DNA of 64,000 bases, from the NCBI GenBank assembly GCA_965218695.1, contig OZ244651.1:960001-1024000 (forward strand), read 5' to 3'. Within the stretch, counting starts at the first letter, position 1. Each line of letters starts with the position of its first letter. The translations under genes and the position numbers were made by a program. The stretch comes from Nitrosopumilus sp. (GTDB taxonomy: Archaea > Thermoproteota > Nitrososphaeria > Nitrososphaerales > Nitrosopumilaceae). This document shows, in pieces, positions 8,485 through 19,389 of the stretch. The notes beneath the pieces are model-generated. The model was not told the DNA's origin and ran no database searches. It was given only the letters and a program-made list of their open reading frames with translations.

Positions 8485-9935
8485 TGAACCTGAGGATATC
8501 GGCCCTTGACTACGCCAGGGGCGTGCAAAACGGGGACATATCTGCAGAGGACTTTGCAGCAGCTACCCTTGAGAGGATATCTGACATTGACGGTACCCTG
8601 CACGCGTTCCTCTCGATTAATGACGATGCAGTCAAGAGGGCAAGGGACGTAGACCGCAGGGTGGCCGCAGGAGAGAAGGTAGGGGCATGCTGCGGGATGC
8701 CCGTATCTGTCAAGGACAACATATGCGTCCGGGACGGCAAAACCACATGTGCGTCGAGGATGCTTGAGGACTTTGTGGCCCCGTATGATGCCACGGTGGT
8801 CTCACGCCTGAGGGCGGCAGATGCGGTGTTTGTAGGCAAGACAAACCTAGACGAGTTTGCCATGGGACTGACAACGGAGTTTAGCGCGTTTGGGGCAAGC
8901 AGGAATCCGTGGAATGCAGAATTTGTCCCCGGAGGCTCCTCCGGGGGAAGCGCAGCATCCGTTGGCGCCTTCGAGTGTGTCGCATCGCTGGGTTCTGACA
9001 CGGGCGGCTCGGTAAGAAACCCGGCAAGCTTCTGCTCGGTGGTGGGATACAAGCCCACATACGGACTGGTCAGCAGGTTCGGCCTGATATCCTACGCCAA
9101 CAGCGTAGAGCAGATAGGCCCGCTGGCAAGGACTGTAAGCGACGCGGCATTCATGCTGGATATAATATCGGGCTCCGATCCCAACGACGACACTACGGTA
9201 GATGATGGCGGCAAAAATGCAGGGTACCTGGAAGGAATAGAGGCAGGCATAGAGGGCAAAAGGATAGGGATAGTCCGGGAGATGACATCAGACGACACGG
9301 ATCCCGCAGTGCTGTCTGCAACAAGGGACGCCGTTGCAAAACTTGAGGGACTCGGAGCCGTATGCGAGGAGGTCTCGCTGGACATGGTCAAGTATTCGGT
9401 TGCAGCCTACTACACCATAACCTCAGCCGAGGCCGGAAGCAACCTTGCCAGGTATGACAACCTGCGGTACGGCTATCCGTTTCCGACAGACGGCTACGAG
9501 TTCAACGCATATATCTCAAAGGCAAGGCAGAGGTTCGGCCCCGAGGTAATCCGCAGGCTGATCATCGGAGGGTTCGTCCCGTCTGCAGGGCACGCAGGAA
9601 GGTACTTTCTCAAGGCCCTCAAGGTCAAGAGCAGGCTGACCAAGGAGATCAACGAGGCGTTTCGGAGGCACGACCTGCTGATGGCGCCAACCGTCCCGAT
9701 ACTGCCGTTTAGGATCGGCGAGAAGATCGACGATCCTGTCTCCATGTTCTTGGTTGACATTAACACCGTGACTGCAAACCTCACAGGCAGGCCCGCCGTA
9801 TCCGTGCCGTTTGCAGTCTCGAACGGACTTCCCATAGGGATGCAGCTGATGGCAGATTCCATGCAGGACAGGATGCTGCTGCAGGCAGCACGTGCCCTGG
9901 AGCAGACAGTCAGCCTGCCGGAGGTGCCGATATGA
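8484..9935 (+). CDS. gatA: Asp/Glu-tRNA amidotransferase subunit A
   Basis: Amidase signature KDN, GKTNLDEFAMG, GGSSGGSAA, GSDTGGSVR. Confidence 0.96.
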   Translation: MNLRISALDYARGVQNGDISAEDFAAATLERISDIDGTLHAFLSINDDAVKRARDVDRRVAAGEKVGACCGMPVSVKDNICVRDGKTTCASRMLEDFVAPYDATVVSRLRAADAVFVGKTNLDEFAMGLTTEFSAFGASRNPWNAEFVPGGSSGGSAASVGAFECVASLGSDTGGSVRNPASFCSVVGYKPTYGLVSRFGLISYANSVEQIGPLARTVSDAAFMLDIISGSDPNDDTTVDDGGKNAGYLEGIEAGIEGKRIGIVREMTSDDTDPAVLSATRDAVAKLEGLGAVCEEVSLDMVKYSVAAYYTITSAEAGSNLARYDNLRYGYPFPTDGYEFNAYISKARQRFGPEVIRRLIIGGFVPSAGHAGRYFLKALKVKSRLTKEINEAFRRHDLLMAPTVPILPFRIGEKIDDPVSMFLVDINTVTANLTGRPAVSVPFAVSNGLPIGMQLMADSMQDRMLLQAARALEQTVSLPEVPI

Positions 9936-11347
9936 CCACCATGATAGGGCTGGAGATCCACTGCCAGCTGACAAGCCTGCAAAGCAAGCTGTTCTGTGCG
10001 TGCAGGGCAGACTATCGTGGACTGGGGATAAACGAGAACATATGCCTGGTCTGTGCCGGGATCCCCGGAAGCCTTCCCAGGCTCAACGGCCAGGCGGTCC
10101 GGCAGGCAACCATGATTGCAATGGCGCTGAACTGCCGGATGCCTGAGAGGATTGCATTTTTTAGAAAGAACTACTTTTACCCGGACCTGCCAAAGAACTT
10201 CCAGATAACACAGCTCAACATCTACGGGGATACCAGCATCGGGGGTGCGGGCCATGTCATGGTGGGGGACAAAAAAATCAGGATCACCCGGGTTCAGCTG
10301 GAGGAGGATCCCGGACGGCTAATCCACGAGGGGACATCCAAGAACAGAACCACCCTGGTAGACTACAACCGCGCAGGCACCCCGCTAGTCGAGATTGTCA
10401 CCGAGCCGGACTTTGAGAACCCCAGGCAGGTCAGGGGGTTCCTCAACATCCTGTCTGTGCTGCTTGAGAACCTCAAGGTCTCTGATCCCGGCCTCGAGGG
10501 GGCCATGAGGGCAGATGCCAACGTATCAGTCCAGGGGGGAAACAAGGTGGAGATAAAAAATATCGGCTCGTTTCACGATCTGGAGAAGGCAGTCCATTTT
10601 GAGATCACGCGGCAGGAGAGCCTGCACTCGCGGGGCATAAGAATCGTCCAGGAGACACGCCACTGGGACAGCCAGAGAAAGATTACAATCCCGTCCCGCT
10701 CCAAGGAGACCGAGTCGGACTACCGGTACATCTTGGAGGGGGACATTCCATGGGTAAGGATGGATAAGGGTATGCTGGAGGATCTGAGATCCAAGATGCC
10801 CGAAAGCGTCAGTTCCAGGCGGGAGCGGTACGTATCAAGGCATGGCATTGCAGGGCAGGTTGCAGACATCCTGTCGTCTGACCGGTATTACTCTGATCTC
10901 TTCGAGGAGGCGCATACGGACTCTAATGCAAAAGAGGTCGCAAACATGATTACCAGTGATCTGATGGGGCTGGCAGATACCCGGGAGAAGAGGGACGCCT
11001 CGCGGGTTACTGCATCACACCTGCAGGACCTGGCAGACTCTGTCCTGTCAGGGAGAATCTCGAGAAGCTCTGCAAAGAACGCGCTGTATGAGATTGTCCG
11101 GACCGGAAAGAGCCTGTCCGAGGTGATCCGGGATCTTGATCTGGAGGGAGTCTCTGACGAGTCGGCGCTAATCAAGGTTATATCCGAGGTGATATCCGAG
11201 GAGGCGGCAGCAGTAGAGCAGGCAGCCTCAAACCCCAAGACCATCCACTACCTGGTGGGAATGGTCATGAAAAAGACAAGGGGCAAGGCGGATCCGGACA
11301 AGACCTTGGAACTGCTCAGAAGAGAGATCAGGACCTCAGCCGGGTGA
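9932..11347 (+). CDS. gatB: Asp/Glu-tRNA amidotransferase subunit B
   Basis: IGLEIHCQL, RKNYFYPDLPK, LEEDPG, DYNRAGTPLVEIVTEPD. Confidence 0.96.
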   Translation: MTTMIGLEIHCQLTSLQSKLFCACRADYRGLGINENICLVCAGIPGSLPRLNGQAVRQATMIAMALNCRMPERIAFFRKNYFYPDLPKNFQITQLNIYGDTSIGGAGHVMVGDKKIRITRVQLEEDPGRLIHEGTSKNRTTLVDYNRAGTPLVEIVTEPDFENPRQVRGFLNILSVLLENLKVSDPGLEGAMRADANVSVQGGNKVEIKNIGSFHDLEKAVHFEITRQESLHSRGIRIVQETRHWDSQRKITIPSRSKETESDYRYILEGDIPWVRMDKGMLEDLRSKMPESVSSRRERYVSRHGIAGQVADILSSDRYYSDLFEEAHTDSNAKEVANMITSDLMGLADTREKRDASRVTASHLQDLADSVLSGRISRSSAKNALYEIVRTGKSLSEVIRDLDLEGVSDESALIKVISEVISEEAAAVEQAASNPKTIHYLVGMVMKKTRGKADPDKTLELLRREIRTSAG

Positions 11348-11481
11348 TTCCCGGCATGCTGCCGCCCTTGGGCAGTGCCCCAGCCAACACGCTTCAGGAG
11401 GAGTCATGCTCAGCCGGAATGAACTGTGCCTCCAGAGAGAGAGGGCCCGAAAGGTCTTTTTAGATTGCACCCCCGGTTGGA

Positions 11482-13401
11482 TTGTTGGCAGGCTTTGAGT
11501 TCACCCCGACCCCAGAGCAGACTGCCGAATCCAACATGTTCGGATTCATGCAGAGGCACGGAATATCAAATCTGGAGGATCTGTCTGTCATGGCTGCAGG
11601 CAACCCCGAGTGGTTCTGGGAGGCAGTAGGCCAAGACATCGGGATAGTCTGGGATTCCCCATACTCTGAGATACTTGACTCCTCCAATGGAGCCATGTGG
11701 TCCCGTTGGTTTGTCGGGGGCAGGACCAACATATACGGATCCTCTGTCGGGAGGTTTGCGCAGTCGAATCCGCAAAGCACCGCATACACGTTCGTCTCAG
11801 AAAGCGGTATGTCGTCTGAACTGACATATGCCGAACTGGACAGAAAGGTGTCTGCCCTTGCAAACGGCCTGCGCAGCATCGGGGTGGGGCCTGGGGACGT
11901 GGTTGCCATATACATGCCGATGATCCCCGAGGCGATACTTGCAATCCTTGCATCGGCTAGAATCGGCGCAGTCCAGACTGTCATATTCTCAGGGTACGGT
12001 GCCGAATCCCTTCACGTGCGGCTCTGTGACTGCAATGCCAAGGTGCTCTTTGTGTGCGACGGCTTCCAGAGGAGGGGAAGGCAGGTATCTGCAAAGGATA
12101 CCGTCATGCAGTCAGTCCGAAATACCGCAGTGGAGAGGATCATCGTGGTGCCGTACATGGGAATTGACAGGTACGCACCCTCCGACGGAACGACGCCCTA
12201 TGATGATCTGATCTCATCGCGGGGGGGCGGGTGCCCCACTCAGAGCATGGACTCTGAGGATCCGCTATTCATCCTGTACACCTCGGGCACCACCGGAAGG
12301 CCCAAGGGCGTGGTTCACGCGCACGGGGGGTTTTCAGTCTTTGCAGGCTACCAGTCCGCATACCTGACTGACATGCACAGAACCGACACCCTCTTCTGGC
12401 CTGCCGACATTGGCTGGATTACGGGCCTCGTGTGGAACGTCTACGGACTTTTGCTGACCGGCGCGTCTGCCGTAATTTATGACGGCGCCCTGGACTTTCC
12501 CGACGCCGGAAGGACATGGCAGATACTCTCTGAAACGCAGGCAACCATATTTGGAACATCGCCCACGGCAGCCAAGATGCTCAGACGCAGTAACATGCCG
12601 CCTCCAAGACTGGACCATCTAAGAGTCATTGCCACCACCGGGGAGCCACTTGACGAGGAGTCGTGGTGGTGGCTCTTTGAGAGGGTGGGGAGAAGGCAGA
12701 TTCCAATAGCGAACCTGTCCGGGGGAACCGAGATTGGCGGCGCGATGCTGTCTGTCCTTCCGGGAATGAGCATCAAGCCATCCACGGTGGGCGTCCCGAT
12801 ACCCGGCATGAGCCTTGACTCGGTGGACGAGCAGGGACGACCGGTCAGGGGCAAAAACGGATACCTTGTAGTCAGATCCCCGTGGCCTGCAATGACCAGG
12901 GGCCTGCTCAATGACGACTCGCGGTACATCGAGACCTACTGGTCCAAGTTTAAAGATGTCTGGTTTCATGGCGACTACGTCCTTGTGGATGCAGACGGCC
13001 TGTGGTACATGCGAGGAAGGACAGACGATGTCATAAACGTCTCGGGGCACCGGATGAGCACTGCAGAGATAGAGGATTCTGTACTGTCTCATCCGGGGGT
13101 CTCTGATGTGGCATCCGTTGCCGTTCCCGACGAACTGACCGGCCAGGCAGTGGTGGTGTTTGTCGTGGCAGAAGAAGACGGGCTGGAGACAGAGATTGGA
13201 GACATGGTGGCACGCCGAATCGGCAAGATTGCAAGACCGCGGATGGTCATACGTGTGTCTGATCTGCCGCGAACCCGAACCGGAAAGATACTAAGGCGCG
13301 TGCTGTGCTCAAAGCTGCTTGCACAAGACCCCGGCGACCTGTCATCCCTTGAGAATCCACATGTCCTAGACGAGATTCCGCACTTGACGGATCTTGCATG
13401 A
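11482..13401 (+). CDS. AMP-forming acyl-CoA synthetase (acetyl-CoA synthetase-like)
   Basis: LYTSGTTGRPKG, GGTE, GD, GRTDDVINVSGHR, LPRTRTGKILRR. Confidence 0.92.
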   Translation: MLAGFEFTPTPEQTAESNMFGFMQRHGISNLEDLSVMAAGNPEWFWEAVGQDIGIVWDSPYSEILDSSNGAMWSRWFVGGRTNIYGSSVGRFAQSNPQSTAYTFVSESGMSSELTYAELDRKVSALANGLRSIGVGPGDVVAIYMPMIPEAILAILASARIGAVQTVIFSGYGAESLHVRLCDCNAKVLFVCDGFQRRGRQVSAKDTVMQSVRNTAVERIIVVPYMGIDRYAPSDGTTPYDDLISSRGGGCPTQSMDSEDPLFILYTSGTTGRPKGVVHAHGGFSVFAGYQSAYLTDMHRTDTLFWPADIGWITGLVWNVYGLLLTGASAVIYDGALDFPDAGRTWQILSETQATIFGTSPTAAKMLRRSNMPPPRLDHLRVIATTGEPLDEESWWWLFERVGRRQIPIANLSGGTEIGGAMLSVLPGMSIKPSTVGVPIPGMSLDSVDEQGRPVRGKNGYLVVRSPWPAMTRGLLNDDSRYIETYWSKFKDVWFHGDYVLVDADGLWYMRGRTDDVINVSGHRMSTAEIEDSVLSHPGVSDVASVAVPDELTGQAVVVFVVAEEDGLETEIGDMVARRIGKIARPRMVIRVSDLPRTRTGKILRRVLCSKLLAQDPGDLSSLENPHVLDEIPHLTDLA

Positions 13402-13542
13402 GGCAGCCCTGCATGGAATGATCCAGATTGCTGCAGATCGTATTGCCTCAGAGGGGATCCCCTGGGAGCCGTCTCAGGAATGCCGTCGTCATGAAGTGCT
13501 TGGTGTGCTGCAGATACGTGCGGATTCGGGATTCATCATGGA

Positions 13543-14793
13543 TCAGTCTGCGTGCTGTCGTCCATCGTCATCCATCCTTCTCCGGATGTTCGCTGCCATC
13601 ATGGGTAGAAACGCGCCCACGTCAGTTACGATCCCCAGTGCCTGCCACGTTCCCCGATCCATCAGCTTTGTGACTGTCGGCTGGCTGATATCAACTACAA
13701 TCACCTTGACGTTGGCAGGCAGCATGTTTCCGGTTGCGATGGAGTGGAGCATTGTGGATATCATTATCACCACGTCTGCGCCCTTGAGGATCTTCTTGTA
13801 TTTTCGCTGCGCCTCGACTATGTCGACTGTCACGTCGGGGAGTGGCCCGTCATCCCGGATTGAGGCTGCCAGGGCAAACGGGACATTGTTCTGTATGCAC
13901 TCGTACATTATTCCCCTTGTCAGCACTCCTGACCTCACCATCTCTGCAATCGAGCCTGCCTTGAACACGGCATTGACTGCATCCATGTGGTTTCTGTGCC
14001 CGTGGTGTGCCAGGGAGGCATCATGAACATTCATCCCAAGCGACGTCCCGAGCGTGGCATACTCTATGTCGTGTACTGCAAGTGCGTTTCCTGCAAGGAT
14101 TCCGTCTATGAATCCCAGCCGTATCATCTCGGCTACGGTATCTGCAGCTCCCGTGTGGACTATTGCGGGTCCTCCCACTACTACCACCCTGCCGCCTGCC
14201 TTTTTGGTATCGTATATGTCGTCTGCCACCTTTCTTGCAATGTGCTGGGTCGGCCTCTCACTCGAGCTTGAACTTCCCATGAACTCAAAGATGTTGCCCC
14301 CCTCCCTTGGACGCTCAGGCGGCGTGATCTTTATCCCGTCCTCGCCTACCACTATCAGGTCTCCCTTTCTTACATCCCTGACCGGGATGCAGGATGCCGC
14401 ACCGTTTTGCATCCGGATGCACTTGTCCATCATCATGTTGTCCACTGCAACCCACCTCCCGTCATGAAAGACTTCGGTGTCGTTGTTTGTCGTGCTGTAA
14501 AAGTTATCGGGCATGACGCAGTCCTTTGGCGATTCTGCCAGCCTTGTCTCCTTTCGAATCTTGGAGACTGCCCCCACCCTGTGAATCTCCTCTAGGAGCA
14601 TCTCAAGATGCTTCTTGTCCCTGCCGGTCACGCGCAACCTGACATAGGACTTGTCCGTCTTTCTCTTTCCGATGTTGATCTCCTGAATCTGAAAGTCTCC
14701 CTGAAGGTTGATTATACTCTCAAAGATGCTGCTCATTATCATGGAGTCAATCAGATGACCGCTTGCCTCGACTTCTTCAGAAAATCCGTCCAA
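13543..14793 (-). CDS. TIGR00300 / LOR-SDH-like protein (ornithine cyclodeaminase-like)
   Basis: GHLIDS, FYSTTN, FEFMGSSSSSE, GPAIVHTG, GNALAVHDIE, SIRDDGPLPD, MLHSIATGN, KLMDRG. Confidence 0.85.
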   Translation of the reverse strand: MDGFSEEVEASGHLIDSMIMSSIFESIINLQGDFQIQEINIGKRKTDKSYVRLRVTGRDKKHLEMLLEEIHRVGAVSKIRKETRLAESPKDCVMPDNFYSTTNNDTEVFHDGRWVAVDNMMMDKCIRMQNGAASCIPVRDVRKGDLIVVGEDGIKITPPERPREGGNIFEFMGSSSSSERPTQHIARKVADDIYDTKKAGGRVVVVGGPAIVHTGAADTVAEMIRLGFIDGILAGNALAVHDIEYATLGTSLGMNVHDASLAHHGHRNHMDAVNAVFKAGSIAEMVRSGVLTRGIMYECIQNNVPFALAASIRDDGPLPDVTVDIVEAQRKYKKILKGADVVIMISTMLHSIATGNMLPANVKVIVVDISQPTVTKLMDRGTWQALGIVTDVGAFLPMMAANIRRRMDDDGRQHAD

Positions 14794-14841
14794 TTTACTC
14801 TCCTTTAAACGAGTCTAACTAAAGGTTTACGTTGCTTTGAA

Positions 14842-15189
14842 TCATACCGGCAGGATTACCTTGCCTTCAAACCTTTCTATGCCGTCTGAGCGGAACGTCT
14901 TTTCCAGCGCCTCCTTTTGCTGTTCCGTGACGCCCTGCACTATCGTCTTTGAGGCTCCGCTTTTGTCCACCAGCGCAAGTATGTATCCGCTGTTGTCAGT
15001 CAGGACGAACCCTGAGGACTCGTCTACAAACGCGTACAGGTTCTCCTCGCCGACCGGCTCCCAGACGCCTGATTTTGTATCTGCCAGTGCCAGTGCAGGC
15101 ATCGCCTTGCCCCCCGTGAGTCCGTTGAGATACTCCCTTGCAGATGCGACGCGCTTTTGTCCGGTCTTCAGAGCCACAAAGTACTGCAT
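14842..15189 (-). CDS. Conserved-looking hypothetical protein (115 aa)
   Basis: Host-like codon usage, ATG start preceded by a TATA-like TTTTTATAA. Confidence 0.75.
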   Translation of the reverse strand: MQYFVALKTGQKRVASAREYLNGLTGGKAMPALALADTKSGVWEPVGEENLYAFVDESSGFVLTDNSGYILALVDKSGASKTIVQGVTEQQKEALEKTFRSDGIERFEGKVILPV

Positions 15190-15484
15190 GACTCCAAGGC
15201 GCCCTCATTATTATAAAAAGTCTTACAGCAGATGGGTTCTCCTGCATCATCGGTTGGTGGCACAAATTCAGGATCTTCTCCAGATTTACTTGCCTGTTTT
15301 ACGCACCGTTATGCCATTCCCCATTAAATCATAATTCCTCTAGGGAGAATCTGCCAGTTGTGATGGATAATCCCAGTCATTGCCATGACATGCATTGATG
15401 GGACATCCATCACGCCAAGGCCAGTCTGGGCTACGTGTGTCGCTGCCGTTGCTACAGCTGCCGTTGCTACTGCTGCTGCTGCGA

Positions 15485-16630
15485 CTACGCTGCTGCTGCA
15501 GCAGCTGCTGCATTACTGATGAGGGTGATCTGCTTGTCCGTTCCAGATATGACGATCCCTGCGGCCTCTGCGGGTGTAATTTTGCCAATGCCGCCATGGG
15601 GGCGGAAAAAGTTGTGGTGGACGATCATCAGCCGCACAAGCGCGGGACTTTCTGTCCCGAACTCGCGGGCGGTCTTGATGCGATCCTTGAATTTGCCGTT
15701 AAGCCTCTCGTGCTTGTTGTTATGACTGAAGCGGTTCTTCAGGTGAATCTCCCGGACGTGGATCAGCCTGAAGCCGTTGCGTCTCCAAAACGCCCTGCGG
15801 GCGGCAGGACAAAACGCCTGCAGGCCGTCTGTTACCAGCACCCACGGGGTGGTTCCGGCCAGATTCCTTGCGGCTGCAAACAGGGGGGCGGGTCTGTAGT
15901 TGAGTTTTGTCTCAGACACGTCATGGGACAGTATGAACCTGCTGGCGCCGTCCATGACGGCAAAAAGCCACCGCGCCTGCGCGCGAACCTTGAAATGTAT
16001 CTCGTCGCAGTGCCACTTGTAGCTCGTGCGCGGCTGCAGCCGCCTTGAATATTCATCCATCAGCGTCGAATAATGTGCAGTCCACCTGTATATCGTGCTT
16101 GAATGCACGGTTGTTCCGTCCTGTGCCATCACTGCCTGCACCGCAGCGCAGGACAGCCCGTACGCTGCCTCCCTGAGTGCCCGGGATATCGCCTCTGGGC
16201 CGGCATGGCGCTTCTTGAAGCCCGGCCGTCCGGAGAATGTCCGGCCGCACGGCTTACACCGGTACCGCCGGATCGGCCCGTACGCGTTGTGTCGGTGCCC
16301 GTTGCGTGCAAACACAGTCGACTTGCAATGGTGGCATGCAGTCTGAGGCATGCTAATGACAATTGTATTTTGGTTCCTGCACCGGTCCCACATCCGGCCA
16401 AGCAACACGTCCACTGCCCGCACGTGCTTGCACAGGCCGTCACAATTGACGTAATGCTGGCACGCGCATACAAACCCGGCAGAGCCAAGAATCACCAGAT
16501 ACCACAGTCCTGGAATAGACTGCGATGCCACATTCCATCGTCTGAGACTTGTCATCCTCACCTGCTTTGGGTCGTTGCTGATCACCTGTCCCTGCCTTGC
16601 CGCCGTTTTGGCGCGTTTTGCCCTGTTCAT
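15485..16630 (-). CDS. IS6-family DDE transposase with SWIM and zinc-ribbon domains
   Basis: CACQH..CKH (SWIM), CHHC..YRCKPC, WHCDE, VTDG, NNKHERLNG, HHNFFRPH. Confidence 0.88.
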   Translation of the reverse strand: MNRAKRAKTAARQGQVISNDPKQVRMTSLRRWNVASQSIPGLWYLVILGSAGFVCACQHYVNCDGLCKHVRAVDVLLGRMWDRCRNQNTIVISMPQTACHHCKSTVFARNGHRHNAYGPIRRYRCKPCGRTFSGRPGFKKRHAGPEAISRALREAAYGLSCAAVQAVMAQDGTTVHSSTIYRWTAHYSTLMDEYSRRLQPRTSYKWHCDEIHFKVRAQARWLFAVMDGASRFILSHDVSETKLNYRPAPLFAAARNLAGTTPWVLVTDGLQAFCPAARRAFWRRNGFRLIHVREIHLKNRFSHNNKHERLNGKFKDRIKTAREFGTESPALVRLMIVHHNFFRPHGGIGKITPAEAAGIVISGTDKQITLISNAAAAAAAA

Positions 16631-16701
16631 AAATAAACCAATTGGTATTATTACATAGATCTTTCTACCAGTCTTAAATAACAGGCAGCTAAAAAAAATT
16701 C

Positions 16702-16839
16702 ATGACCCAGTGGGCCAAAGACGCCAAGGAATTTACCGTTTCTGTGATCAAAAACGAGAAGCGTCTGACAAACTACAGCTACATACCAAAACCGATACTT
16801 GAAATGCTTGGCAATCCCGACAAACTAAAGTTTGTGTAA
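16702..16839 (+). CDS. Small AbrB-like protein carried inside the IS6 element (truncated by an insertion of about 50 bp)
   Basis: MTQWAKDAKEFTVSVIKNEKRLTNYSYIPKPILEMLGNPDKLKFV*; homologous IPKPILERLGTPDRLKFVISGDDIMVRR in the copy near 23700. Confidence 0.6.
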   Translation: MTQWAKDAKEFTVSVIKNEKRLTNYSYIPKPILEMLGNPDKLKFV

Positions 16840-17194
16840 CTGCATAGTTTTTTGATCAAATGTTGAACTCCATGCCTACGCCATTTCCGGTGATGACATA
16901 ATGGTGCGCAGGCCAGACGAGTGAATCTGGAGAAGATCCTGATTTTGTGTCACCAACCGATGATGCAGGAGAACCCAGCAGATGCCAGGGAATCATGCCC
17001 AAAAATTCCCAGTCACACTCACCCGTACGAGTCTGCAATAACTGCCATGCAGTCTTTATTCCGTGGATGCCTTGGTGCGCGCCACCGTTTTGAATACCGG
17101 ACAGGCCGGGAAGAGGGTGCACGGTTGAGCTGCAACCGTTTGCGCACACTCCTGCCAGAGGCAACGCCGGAGGATTCGCCAAAATTATACTTAT

Positions 17195-17545
17195 GTGAAT
17201 GCGTTCACAAAAAGTATGATGCGGATAATTGATGTTCCCGATGCCCAAAGGGTGGATCGCAGTCCTGACGACGTTGAGGTCATGCTCTCTTCAGGCGGCT
17301 TTGTACAGGACGGGTTTGAAGTGCGCCGGGTTGAACTGCGTCTATACCAGACAGGCCAGGCACATGGCACCTACTCCATCATAACGTCCTTTGTGGATAC
17401 TGACAGGGGTTCAATCGAGATGGTCTATGACGAGGGATACCGGGGAGAAGAGCCCCTTGCAGGAGCAGTAGCGTTTCTTACATCGCAGATGGGACTGTCC
17501 GCTCTGATTCTCCGCTCGATCATTGCAATCGGCTCAAGGCTGTGA
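17195..17545 (+). CDS. Hypothetical protein (116 aa)
   Basis: Open frame with host-like codon usage. Confidence 0.7.
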   Translation: MNAFTKSMMRIIDVPDAQRVDRSPDDVEVMLSSGGFVQDGFEVRRVELRLYQTGQAHGTYSIITSFVDTDRGSIEMVYDEGYRGEEPLAGAVAFLTSQMGLSALILRSIIAIGSRL

Positions 17546-18217
17546 GGGAACCTGGCAACACTCCGGATTGACTCTCTGGATGAATTCCACTGCATCTGCC
17601 AATGCCGTCCTTCCAGACAGGTCTGGTTAGCTATGGGTGCTGCACATGCCGTAGACCTGTGGCACTAAACTGCCTTCCATGTTCCAGACATATTTTGCTA
17701 GCCAGCCGGTCTTGGCATCGTCGGCCGTCAAGACGCGTTCGGGTTCCAACACGTAGTACAGCAGTCGTACTGCGGGGCCATGCTGCCCAAGCCAGTCTTG
17801 ACGGCGCACGGGTCTCCAATATCCGTGATTATCCCCAACACTGTATTCGGGATGGGGTCCGGGGTGTACTGCTGAACCAGATTGTACTGTCGTTGATCGC
17901 GTCTCTTTACAGTCATTAGGAGGTGCCTCGATCTGCCGATCCATATCTTTTGTGATTAGGAAGTATATGCCTCTAGGACATGCCGGCCGTTAGGGCGTTG
18001 TCCACATTTTGATAATCCAGTCTCCTTTTACGCTATTTTTGGCTCGTGTTGGTATCTTGAATCGTAACCCTGAAGGGGTTTTTGACACTGCCCAGCTTAC
18101 AATTTGTCATTTTGAACTGTTCTCATCATGTGGTGCATGGCATCCGCTGGAACCGGAAACCGGCATTCTGCCCCTGCCGGAGCCCTATGCTATCAGGTTA
18201 TAGCAGATGCTTCTCAG

Positions 18218-19389
18218 AGACATCATCCGTAATTGGGCATAATCACGAGATTGGACGCATTGCAGGACAAATCTGGCTGACTGCATGGAATTGCATGTCA
18301 ATTCGAACTTGCCCGATGATCAAAACTATACGTCAGCCGTGTTTTATTCTGATTGCCAATGTCAAAGCATGTCATTATACGACAAATTAGCAAAAAAGCC
18401 CAAACTGTTCATCCGGTGCACTGGACTGACAGTCTCCGAATTTAATTTGGTGGCAGGGCGGCTGGCAAAAAAATACCCCAAGGCAGAGCAAAAGCGACTC
18501 GCCAAAAGAAGCAGGGTGCGCGGCATTGGTGCCGGACGCAGGTGGAAACTGGATCTGAAAAACAGGTTTCTTCTGGTCCTGTTTTATTACAGGACATACG
18601 CTACGCAGGATCTTCTTGCCATGGTGTTTCAGATGGGCCAGGCTAGCGTGTCCCGCAGCATGGGGGCACTGGAGCCGTCGATCCGGCAGTGCGTTCCGCT
18701 TCCGTCAAAGATCTACGCCAACATCAAGGCCACCAAGACGCTTGACGATCTTGAGGAGATCATTCCGGGCCTGACTGCCCTGATTGATGCCTCAGAGCAG
18801 CAGATACAACGTCCCGGACGCAAGGACATGGAACGGTCCCACTACTCGGGCAAGGCACACAGGCACACGTCCAAGATCCAGTACACGTCGGCCACAGATG
18901 GCCTCATCATTCACAAGACCCGGCATTCCCCGGGCAGGATCCACGACTTTGCAGTATTCAAAAAGAAACACCCGACATTCCCTGACAACCTTCCACGCAA
19001 GGACGGGAGCAAGGACAAGGAAAGGATCAAAGTCAGAGAGATCCTGGACAACGGATACCAGGGGATCAACAAAGAATTTCCTGACCGGGATGCAGTAGTG
19101 CCGTACAAGAAGCAAAAAGGCGCAGAATTGTCCCCCGAGCAGAAGGAATTCAACAAAAAGCACTCAAAGGCACGGGTGTATGTGGAGCACGCCATCCGCA
19201 GGGTCAAACGGTTTCGCATAATGAGCGGTGTCTACCGAAACCGCCTGAAAAAATACGACACCGTCAATGACATCGTCTGCGGATTTGCCAACCTCAGGGT
19301 TCTCCTAGTCCGGGAAGCAACCTGATAGGAGTCAAAAAACCTACACAGTATAGGAAAATATGTACAATTTCTAATTACGGATTATGTCT
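18218..19389 (+). mobile_element. IS5-family (ISL2-like, DDE_Tnp_4) element, copy A (1172 bp); transposase 18285-19325
   Basis: TIR AGACATCATCCGTAATT/AATTACGGATTATGTCT; 3-bp TSD CAG; IDASEQ, YSGK, HD, DNGYQG, RVYVEHAI..KRF. Confidence 0.92.

Larger units (their letters stand above)
15235..16975 (-). mobile_element. IS6-family element with long imperfect TIRs and 9-bp TSD
   Basis: Ends GGTTCTCCTGCATCATCGGTTGGTG / CACCAACCGATGATGCAGGAGAACC, IR extends about 80 bp; CAGCAGATG duplicated at 15226-15234 and 16976-16984. Confidence 0.88.

Noticed and set aside
15440-15512. GCT-rich triplet repeats at the end of the IS6 transposase
   Set aside because: Low-complexity slippage giving a poly-Ala tail; not conserved in the second copy
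17627-17944. 105-aa minus-strand ORF
   Set aside because: No recognisable motifs; an overlapping frame looks more like a decayed transposase N-terminus, so neither call is supportable
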